Below, one piece after another: positions 57,614 through 64,000 of a stretch of 64,000 nt of DNA; position 1 is the stretch's first letter; each line of letters begins with the position of its first letter. A program made the position numbers and the translations under genes. The stretch is from Candidatus Doudnabacteria bacterium (GTDB taxonomy: Bacteria; Patescibacteriota; Doudnabacteria; UBA920; 2-01-FULL-46-14): the NCBI GenBank assembly GCA_041497195.1, contig JBGQGB010000002.1, forward strand, positions 108,140 through 172,139, in the 5' to 3' direction. The notes under the pieces were generated by a model. That model saw only the letters and a list, made by a program, of their open reading frames with translations, searched no databases and had not been told where the DNA came from.

Positions 57614-58021
57614 ATGAGGCGAGTAATGGTGTTTGGCACATTTGATATTTTGCATCCTGGTCATATTTATTTTCTCAAGGAAGCGAAAAAATATGGCGAT
57701 TTTTTGATCGTGTCCATTGCGCGTGACGCCAATGTGGAACGCGTCAAAGGTCACGCAGCGCGCCACACTGAAACGGATCGCAAGAAGCTTCTCGAATCGC
57801 TTCGCTTCGTCAACAAGGTCGTTTTAGGCGCCCCAAGAGATTATATTGAGCATATCTTAAAAATGCGACCGCGGGTGATCGCTTTAGGGTATGATCAAAA
57901 AGCTTATACGCACAAACTATCGGAGAAATTGGCGGCTCGTGGGATGAGCGTTAGCGTCGTGCGTATGAAGCCGTACAAGCCGAACATTTACAAATCTAAA
58001 AAGTTAATCATTAAAAAATAA
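57614..58021 (+). CDS. ribL: Archaeal-type FAD synthetase (RibL-like nucleotidyltransferase)
   Basis: VMVFGTFDILHPGHIYFLKEAKKYGDFLIVSIARD… matches the RibL HxGH motif and layout, distinct from the TagD STDEFN pattern. Adjacent to riboflavin kinase. Confidence 0.6.
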   Translation: MRRVMVFGTFDILHPGHIYFLKEAKKYGDFLIVSIARDANVERVKGHAARHTETDRKKLLESLRFVNKVVLGAPRDYIEHILKMRPRVIALGYDQKAYTHKLSEKLAARGMSVSVVRMKPYKPNIYKSKKLIIKK

Positions 58022-58024
58022 ATT

Positions 58025-58306
58025 ATGGACCCCAGAGAACGTGCGGATGGTTCGCAGGAATTTCACGAGCAAGAAAAGGAGGTTTTATTGCTTCCGTGCT
58101 CTGGCGACAGCCAAAGGGGAAGGCCACGCAGTCATTTATATGAAGTTTGGGTGGGCACCGACTATCCAAATCAAGGGGTGTCGAAAGGTTATATGAGGAA
58201 AGAAGAAGCGTTGCGTCTCTATCCAGACGCTGTAGAGACTAACAGCGATTCTTTATGTGCCGAGTGTGCTGCCGATCTGAGGCGTCGCGCCGGACTTGCT
58301 CCTTAA
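58025..58306 (+). CDS. Hypothetical protein (weak)
   Basis: ORF only; no motif. Confidence 0.2.
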   Translation: MDPRERADGSQEFHEQEKEVLLLPCSGDSQRGRPRSHLYEVWVGTDYPNQGVSKGYMRKEEALRLYPDAVETNSDSLCAECAADLRRRAGLAP

Positions 58307-58322
58307 AGCGTAAGGGCCTTTT

Positions 58323-58649
58323 ATGGCGAAACAATACAAAATAGTAGTTTTTGTGCCTACAGCTCACGCTGACGCAATTCGCGAGGTTTTGGGCAAAGCC
58401 GGAGCCGGGAGCTCGGGCAATTACGAGTTCGCATCCTTTTCTGCGACAGGCCTGGGGAGGTTTCGCCCGCTCAAGGGCGCCAAACCAGTCATTGGAGAAG
58501 TCGGCAAGCTCGAAGCAGTGGAAGAAGAACGGATCGAGACAGTAGTTCGCGTAGAAGACCTCGCTGACGTAGTGTACAAAGTTCGGCAAGCGCATCCTTA
58601 TGAAGAGCCGGTTATAGATGTATATGAACTCACAAATAGCGATGATTAG
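58323..58649 (+). CDS. Small ferredoxin-like/PII-like protein (NIF3-insert-like, COG3323-type)
   Basis: KIVVFVPTAHADAIREVLGKAGAG…HPYEEPVIDVYEL pattern recalled from stand-alone PII/Nif3-insert-like proteins. Low-confidence family call. Confidence 0.35.
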   Translation: MAKQYKIVVFVPTAHADAIREVLGKAGAGSSGNYEFASFSATGLGRFRPLKGAKPVIGEVGKLEAVEEERIETVVRVEDLADVVYKVRQAHPYEEPVIDVYELTNSDD

Positions 58650-59010
58650 CGAGAAATTTTCTGGAACAGCTCAAAAGCATTTAGGACGAGGGACAAAACT
58701 TGGTTTTCCGACTGCTAATATGGACGTTCCTTCTCAAGCCCAGGAGGGGACCTTTTTAGGTTGGACTACTCTGGGAGGCAAAAAATGGCCTTCCCTAATT
58801 TTTATCGGGGCTCCTGAAACCTTTGGGGAAACGGACAAGCGAGCGGAAACTTATATTCTGGACTTCCGTGGCAGTTTGTACGGCAAGAGTATAGAGATAG
58901 AATTGATAGAGAAGTTGCGAGATAATAAAAAATTTGGTTCAGAGGCCGAGCTGGTGGAACAGATGAAAGCTGACGAACAGAAAGCTCGCATTTTTTTTGC
59001 AAGAAAGTAA
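58618..59010 (+). CDS. ribK: Monofunctional riboflavin kinase (flavokinase)
   Basis: GRGTKLGFPTANM…IFIGAPETFG…ETYILDF…LYGKSIEIEL match the RibF C-terminal flavokinase domain. Start may be ATG 58643. Confidence 0.65.
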   Translation: MYMNSQIAMISEKFSGTAQKHLGRGTKLGFPTANMDVPSQAQEGTFLGWTTLGGKKWPSLIFIGAPETFGETDKRAETYILDFRGSLYGKSIEIELIEKLRDNKKFGSEAELVEQMKADEQKARIFFARK

Positions 59011-59027
59011 ATTGGTTGCTATATTTA

Positions 59028-59175
59028 GCTCAGCTTTCAGGGCGGGGCGCAAGTCCCCACCGGTGGTAAACCTCAAGCCAAGTCGAGAGGTAGTCCACGA
59101 GCCCCGAGCGTAGTCGAGGGGCACGATGCCGTTTGATTCGGCAACCGACGGTCATAGTCCGGATGAAAGAGAGCT
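59028..59175 (+). promoter_or_regulatory. FMN riboswitch (RFN element) aptamer
   Basis: CAGGGCGGGGCGCAAGTCCCCACCGGTGGTAAA … GCAACCGACGGTCATAGTCCGGATGAAAGAGAG matches RFN conserved blocks (GGG-loop-CCC-ACCGG[CU]GGUA…; CCGACGGU.AUAGUCCGGAUGAAAGA). P1 is formed by CTTTC / GAAAG. Confidence 0.8.
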
Positions 59176-59185
59176 TGATTTTGAG

Positions 59186-59216
59186 TGTGCCCTGATAAGC
59201 AGGGTTTTTATTTTTA
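59186..59216 (+). terminator. Riboswitch expression-platform terminator (FMN-dependent attenuation)
   Basis: CCCTG-ATAAG-CAGGG hairpin immediately followed by TTTTTATTTTT, 12 nt before the ATG of the transporter. Confidence 0.6.
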
Positions 59217-59227
59217 AGCCAAAATTT

Positions 59228-60163
59228 ATGAATCGGTACAAAACAGGTCCGTGGCTGGTAGTCGTAGCTGCCTTGATGTGGGCGCTTGACGCGCCTTTTC
59301 GTAAATACCTGACTCTTGATTTGTCTTCAACCACGATCGTTCTGATGGAGCACCTGACCATCGCGGTTTTGGTATTTGTGTTTTTGTTCAGATATTTGTC
59401 AGAATTTCGCAAACTCGGCTGGCGCGAGTGGTTGGCCGTCGTCTTTATCGGTTTTGGTGGGTCAGCTCTGGCTACAGTTCTTTTCACGCAAAGCTTCCAT
59501 TATGTCAATCCGTCCGTGTCCATACTGCTACAAAAAGTCCAGCCAATTATTACGATACTTCTGGCAGCAGCTCTACTGAAAGAAAAGTTGACCAAAAATT
59601 TTTGGAGCTGGGCGATTGTGGGTATTTTTGGAGCTTATCTTATAACTTTCCCGGAACTTCGTATTTCGGGTCTCGAGTTTGGCGGAGGCACTTTGGGAGT
59701 CGTCTTCGCGCTTCTAGCTGCCTTTCTGTGGGGTGGCTCGACAGTATTTGGCCGGTTTGTGCTGCGCAAATTAAGCTTTCAGGCAATGACCGCAGCGCGG
59801 TTCCTGAGCGCGCTGGTTTTTCTTTTTGTTTTGGAAATTTATTACGGCCGTTTGGGCGAGTTGCGGACAGCCACTCCCAAAGACTGGTTGTATGTCCTCA
59901 TCATCGCCATACTGGCGGGTTTTGTTTCCTTGTTCATTTACTATCGCGGCTTGCAGTTTACCAAAGCTAGTATTGCGACCATTGGCGAGCTGGCCTTTCC
60001 TTTTGCAGCCGTCATTGTGAATTGGATCTTTTTGGGTGCGACTTTGACCTTAGCACAAATTTTGGGCGGGTTAATTCTGCTGTTTTCGATGGTGAAGCTG
60101 TCGTTGGAGAACGCAAAAGAGGGTGATATACTGGAACAGCAGAATGTTCACCAAAACGTTTAA
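59228..60163 (+). CDS. DMT/EamA-family transporter, ImpX/RibN-like putative riboflavin importer
   Basis: Ten-TM EamA-type duplication. Directly controlled by the FMN riboswitch. Confidence 0.65.
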   Translation: MNRYKTGPWLVVVAALMWALDAPFRKYLTLDLSSTTIVLMEHLTIAVLVFVFLFRYLSEFRKLGWREWLAVVFIGFGGSALATVLFTQSFHYVNPSVSILLQKVQPIITILLAAALLKEKLTKNFWSWAIVGIFGAYLITFPELRISGLEFGGGTLGVVFALLAAFLWGGSTVFGRFVLRKLSFQAMTAARFLSALVFLFVLEIYYGRLGELRTATPKDWLYVLIIAILAGFVSLFIYYRGLQFTKASIATIGELAFPFAAVIVNWIFLGATLTLAQILGGLILLFSMVKLSLENAKEGDILEQQNVHQNV

Positions 60164-60188
60164 AGAATTGAACAAAAGTAGGGTCAAT

Positions 60189-60536
60189 ATGAAATGGAAG
60201 TTATATTTTTGGGTTTTGTTTGGCACAAGTGCGGTGTTGTTTTTTTCACCAATCCAATTAGATGAGCATACCGGACTCGGCCTCGACAAGCTGGTGCATG
60301 CCGGACTTTTTGCCCTTTTACTCTACCTGGCCTGGCGAGGGTTTTCGAAACAACGTACAGCAGCTTTTATTCTGCTTCTGGCTTACGGAGTTGCGGTGGA
60401 ACTGATCCAGGGCCGGTATATCCCTCATCGGCATTTTGATTTGTTCGATATTTTAGCAGATTGGATTGGCCTCGGTATTCTGGGAGTTTACCTAATGCGT
60501 AAGCAGAAAAAGTTGGAGCATGAGGACCCTCACTAA
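60189..60536 (+). CDS. VanZ-like family membrane protein
   Basis: Three to four TM helices, with conserved …AYGVAVELIQGRYIPHRHFDLFDILADWIGLGILG typical of VanZ-like proteins. Confidence 0.55.
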   Translation: MKWKLYFWVLFGTSAVLFFSPIQLDEHTGLGLDKLVHAGLFALLLYLAWRGFSKQRTAAFILLLAYGVAVELIQGRYIPHRHFDLFDILADWIGLGILGVYLMRKQKKLEHEDPH

Positions 60537-61317
60537 ACAAATTTTGCGAAAGCTCAAGTTGCCAAGGCCAGACTCACACAAAGGCGAAAACGGGCAGCTT
60601 TTGATTATTGCAGGCAGCAGGCACTATCACGGTTCTCTCCTCTTTGCGGTCAGAGCAGCCAGCAGGATCGTAGACAAGATCCATGTTTTGACTAGCGTCG
60701 AAAACAAAGAAGTGGTTCAAAAGCTTCGCGTCAAGACAGCTGCCTTTATCCCAAGTTATGATTTGAAACACGCTCTCTCGCTGGTTGATTGCGTGCTTAT
60801 TGGACCCGGTATGGGGACCGAAAGGCGGACGAAAAAACTTGTTGAATCGGTCCTGAGAAGCGGCAAGCGGGTTGTCTTGGATGCAGACGCGCTCAATGTT
60901 CTAGATGCGAAGCTTCTGAAACTACTCGGCCCTCAGCATATAGTCACCCCTCACCAAGGCGAGTTTCGAAGAGCATTTGGACTAGCGCCAACATGGCAGA
61001 ATGTGAAAAAAGTAGCAGACACGTATCACTGTACTGTCGTACTGAAAGGAAAAATTGACGTGATCAGCAGTCCTCAATTTGGCATGGCTTTCAACAAAAC
61101 CGGCAATCAGGGGATGACCAAAGGCGGGACCGGAGACGTGCTCGCTGGTCTTATTGCTTCCTTTTACTGTAAAAATGGAGCTTATATTTCCGCTGCAGCC
61201 GGGATTTTTGTGAATGGGCTGGCGGGAGACGTCCTGTTTTCCAAAGGCGGGCCTTTCTATAATGCCGAAGATCTTGTGGAACAAATTCCTAAAACTTTGT
61301 GGAAAGCCATAAAATAA
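60520..61317 (+). CDS. nnrD: ADP-dependent (S)-NAD(P)H-hydrate dehydratase (YjeF C-terminal / Nnr2)
   Basis: HKGENGQLLIIAGS…GPGMG…DADAL…TPHQGEF…GNQGMTKGGTGDVLAG motifs. Confidence 0.75.
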   Translation: MRTLTKQILRKLKLPRPDSHKGENGQLLIIAGSRHYHGSLLFAVRAASRIVDKIHVLTSVENKEVVQKLRVKTAAFIPSYDLKHALSLVDCVLIGPGMGTERRTKKLVESVLRSGKRVVLDADALNVLDAKLLKLLGPQHIVTPHQGEFRRAFGLAPTWQNVKKVADTYHCTVVLKGKIDVISSPQFGMAFNKTGNQGMTKGGTGDVLAGLIASFYCKNGAYISAAAGIFVNGLAGDVLFSKGGPFYNAEDLVEQIPKTLWKAIK

Positions 61318-61334
61318 ACTTTCTGCGTTAAACC

Positions 61335-61787
61335 ATGAAAGTTGTTATTGATACCAACATTTTGATAAGCGGGGCTGATGATGAATCGTCTTATGCGCGT
61401 AGGATTATTGAGGAAGTGATTGCCGGGCGCATCCAGGCCTACGCCACTCATCAGACGGAAGGAGAGAATCGCCAGATGCTGCGGAAGTTGGTAAAAGACA
61501 GAGACTACCGCGCTCGTCTCGAGCAATATTTCGGCAAGATAAATATAGTAAAGGCCTATCAGCCCCTGCAGGTTGTTTCTGATGCAGAAGATAATAAGTT
61601 GTTTGAATCAGCAGTCGCAGCCGGGGCAGACTATTTGATTTCTCATGACCAGGAAGTTTTGGCTATCTCAGAGTACAAAAAAACCAAAGTTGTGCAGCCG
61701 GAAGAATTTTGGTTCAGGTACCAGAATGAGAGAGGTGACGACTCAGCTTGGCAGGATTGGAGCAAGATGATTATGAGCAACAACTAG
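61335..61787 (+). CDS. PIN-domain protein (putative toxin-type nuclease, PIN_3-like)
   Basis: MKVVIDTNILISG (Asp in strand 1) and a distal …GADYLISHDQ acidic motif. Confidence 0.6.
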   Translation: MKVVIDTNILISGADDESSYARRIIEEVIAGRIQAYATHQTEGENRQMLRKLVKDRDYRARLEQYFGKINIVKAYQPLQVVSDAEDNKLFESAVAAGADYLISHDQEVLAISEYKKTKVVQPEEFWFRYQNERGDDSAWQDWSKMIMSNN

Positions 61788-61816
61788 CTGGTAGCTTGTA
61801 GGTGGTAGGTGGTAGA
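61785..61816. repeat. Tandem heptamer repeat TAGCTGG/TAGCTTG/TAGGTGG/TAGGTGG/TAGAATT with phased TAG stops in all frames
   Basis: TAG at 61785, 61792, 61799, 61806 and 61813, exactly 7 nt apart. The first is the PIN gene stop codon. Confidence 0.55.
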
Positions 61817-61824
61817 ATTGGACT

Positions 61825-64000
61825 ATGAAGACTTTGCAGGCAAAGGGTACTGTCACCAAATCTGAAATTTTGGAGGGACTCAATCCCGAGCAAATCAAGG
61901 CGGTCACCCACGGGGAAGGGCCGCTTTTAATTGTGGCCGGAGCCGGGACTGGCAAAACGACCGTGATTACCAGACGCATCGGATACCTGATTGAGCAGGG
62001 CGTAAAGGCGGAAAATATTTTGGCTCTGGCTTTTGGAGACAGAGCCGCGGCGGAAATGAAAGAGCGGGTTGATCAGCTCCTCCCTTTAGGCTATTATGAT
62101 CTGCAAATTTCCACGTTTCATGCTTTCTGCGATTTAATTCTGCGCGAACAAGGCTTGGAGATTGGCTTGCCCGATTTCAAGCAGCTCGACGAGGTCGGTC
62201 AGTGGCTGCTGGTCAAAAACAATCTGGCTGAGTTTGACCTGGATTATTATCGCCCCTTGGGCAATCCGACCAGGTTCATCAAAGCGCTGATCAGGCATTT
62301 TAGTCGAGCCAAAGACGAGCTCATCACCCCCGCTCAGTACCTCGACTATGTCGAAAAAATTAAGATCAACAAAGACCAGTCAGAGGCCGGGCTTGAGGAT
62401 TTCGAGCTCGAGCACCGGCGTCTCTCCGAAGTAGGCAACGCGTATCATGTCTACCAGAAGCTGCTTTTGCAGAACAATTTTCTCGATTTCGGGGATCTGA
62501 TCAACTACTCTTTACAGCTTTTGCAGAAGCGGCCGAAGATACTAGAACTTTACCGGCAAAAATACAAATATATTTTACTTGATGAATTCCAAGATACCAA
62601 CTACGCCCAATATGAACTGATCAAGCTTTTGGCGGCACCGGTAAACAATTTGACCGTTGTAGGAGATGACGACCAGAGTATCTTCAAATTTAGAGGTGCG
62701 TCCATTTCCAATATTTTGCATTTTCAAAAAGACTATGCTGACGCCAAATTTATTTCCCTGACAAACAATTATCGGACCGGGCAAAAGATTTTGGATGCGG
62801 CTCATGGTTTTATTGAGCAAAACAACCCAGATCGTCTGGAAGTGCGCCTCGGCGTGGATAAAAAATTGAAAAACGCCGCAAATCCACGGGGGGAGCTCGA
62901 GGTTTTGTCTGCTCCTGATTATGTTTCCGAAGCACGCACCGTGGTAGACAAAATAGTCACTTTGAATACTGCGAATACTGAAAGCTCATGGAACAATTTC
63001 GCAATATTGGCCAGATCACACGATTTATTAGATCCGTTTATCTCCGCTCTCGAGGAGAGGGAAATATCGTACATATATTTCGCCAACAAAGGTTTGTATA
63101 AAAAATCCATAATTTTTGACGTTATCGCTTATTTCGAGCTGCTGGACGATTATCACGAGTCTCAAGCGCTGTACCGCGTGGCCAACTTTCCGATTTTTCA
63201 CATCGAGCACAAGGTCATCCTTGAACTCTCGCACTATGCCAAGAAAAAAACCCTTTCACTTTTCGAAGCCTTTCAAAAAGCTGGGGAGGTGGACGGCCTT
63301 AATGCCAAGAGCCTGGAGGGAATCAAGAAGCTTTTGGTTTTTTTGGACAAACACGAAAAAACATCCAAAGATAAAAGTACCGAACAATTGTATATAGAAG
63401 TGATAAACGATCTGGATTTCGCTCGATTGGCCATGAACGATTTTCAAAACGGAAAATACTTGGAGAACTTCCGTTATCGGATCCAGAGGTTTCAGGCGGA
63501 AGTGGCGGACAAGAGTCTGAAAAATTTCATGCGCGATCTGAGCTTTGAGCAGGAGGCGGGAGAGTCAGGGGAACTGGAATTTGATCCTGAGGCCGGCCCG
63601 GAAGCAGTCAAACTCATGACCGTGCACGCGGCCAAGGGCCTGGAATTTGATACGGTTTTTCTGGTCGGGCTGGTCGACAAACGCTTTCCGACTATAGAGC
63701 GCAAAGAGCCAATAGAGATACCAAAACCCCTCATCAAAGACATTCTGCCGGAGGGAGATATTCATCTCGAAGAAGAGCGCAGGCTCTTTTACGTGGCCAT
63801 GACTCGAGCGAAACAGCGGCTGGTTTTGAGTCGGGCCTTTGACTATGGCGGAAAATTGCAGAAAAAACCTTCGCGGTTCTTATTGGAACTCGGCCTCACC
63901 TCAGGGAAGGCGGCGAAACCGACGGGAAAAGTAGTTTTCAAAACTTTGGATAAAGTAAGAAAACAAATTTCGCTGCCCCTGCCGAAAAAATTTTCCTGGA
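61825..64000 (+). CDS. uvrD: ATP-dependent DNA helicase UvrD/PcrA family; 3' end cut by the window
   Basis: Hand-translated from ATG 61825. Motif I AGAGTGKT, Ia ISTFHAFC, II LLDEFQDTN, III VVGDDDQSIFKFRGA, and further UvrD blocks. No stop before the window end. Confidence 0.85.
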   Translation, partial: MKTLQAKGTVTKSEILEGLNPEQIKAVTHGEGPLLIVAGAGTGKTTVITRRIGYLIEQGVKAENILALAFGDRAAAEMKERVDQLLPLGYYDLQISTFHAFCDLILREQGLEIGLPDFKQLDEVGQWLLVKNNLAEFDLDYYRPLGNPTRFIKALIRHFSRAKDELITPAQYLDYVEKIKINKDQSEAGLEDFELEHRRLSEVGNAYHVYQKLLLQNNFLDFGDLINYSLQLLQKRPKILELYRQKYKYILLDEFQDTNYAQYELIKLLAAPVNNLTVVGDDDQSIFKFRGASISNILHFQKDYADAKFISLTNNYRTGQKILDAAHGFIEQNNPDRLEVRLGVDKKLKNAANPRGELEVLSAPDYVSEARTVVDKIVTLNTANTESSWNNFAILARSHDLLDPFISALEEREISYIYFANKGLYKKSIIFDVIAYFELLDDYHESQALYRVANFPIFHIEHKVILELSHYAKKKTLSLFEAFQKAGEVDGLNAKSLEGIKKLLVFLDKHEKTSKDKSTEQLYIEVINDLDFARLAMNDFQNGKYLENFRYRIQRFQAEVADKSLKNFMRDLSFEQEAGESGELEFDPEAGPEAVKLMTVHAAKGLEFDTVFLVGLVDKRFPTIERKEPIEIPKPLIKDILPEGDIHLEEERRLFYVAMTRAKQRLVLSRAFDYGGKLQKKPSRFLLELGLTSGKAAKPTGKVVFKTLDKVRKQISLPLPKKFSW

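Noticed and set aside
59126-59227. 5' extension of the DMT transporter ORF in the track
   Set aside because: The sequence is the FMN riboswitch and its terminator. Translation must start at ATG 59228, after the attenuator.

Overview
This 64 kb window is a gene-dense bacterial chromosomal segment at about 50% GC. The content (archaeal-type cPGI, archaeal-type RibL, no de novo riboflavin genes here, many small hypothetical proteins) suggests a small-genome, possibly Patescibacteria/CPR-like organism; that is inference.

Conserved core blocks:
- Ribosomal/RNAP operon: infA-rpmJ-rpsM-rpsK-rpsD-rpoA-rplQ, then rplM-rpsI. rpmJ (L36, 37 aa) was missing from the ORF track.
- Complete F1Fo ATP synthase operon (atpZ-like, B, E, F, H, A, G, D, C) followed by the CCA-adding enzyme.
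- A division/cell-wall block: dacA-like, mraY, an embedded D-aminoacylase, murD, ftsW, a DUF4012 protein, murJ.
- lepA, an ftsB-like gene, a PrsA-like PPIase, pyrD-pyrF-pyrE, rmuC, PolX, a partial uvrD/pcrA at the 3' edge.
- Six tRNAs: Gly-CCC, Thr-CGT, initiator Met, elongator Met/Ile2, Asp-GTC, Arg-CCG.

Flavin module (best candidate for something notable): an FMN riboswitch with a terminator-type expression platform (59028-59216) lies directly upstream of a DMT/EamA (ImpX-like) transporter. Next to it are a stand-alone archaeal-type RibL-like FAD synthetase and a separate monofunctional riboflavin kinase. Together they look like a riboflavin-salvage/flavin-cofactor unit.

Other points of interest:
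- A bacterial SET-domain protein with no canonical start codon.
- An archaeal cupin-type phosphoglucose isomerase.
- An AT-rich islet with a Phd-like/Doc toxin-antitoxin pair and a leaderless promoter.
- A frameshifted S51 peptidase.
- A D-aminoacylase translationally coupled to mraY and directly upstream of murD; D-Glu salvage for MurD is the hypothesis.
- A soluble MgtE-N/CBS sensor in an operon with an NRAMP transporter.
- A thioredoxin with a CMPC active site.
- A duplicated tRNA-Thr 5' fragment plus about 210 nt of unexplained structured non-coding DNA before the atp operon.
- Recurrent 7-nt TAG-phased tandem repeats that place stop codons in all three frames at gene junctions.
- A tRNA-Gly-adjacent AT-rich block of small membrane hypotheticals.

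No CRISPR array, integrase or transposase was seen. All calls are from reading the sequence and translations by eye; no database search was possible.
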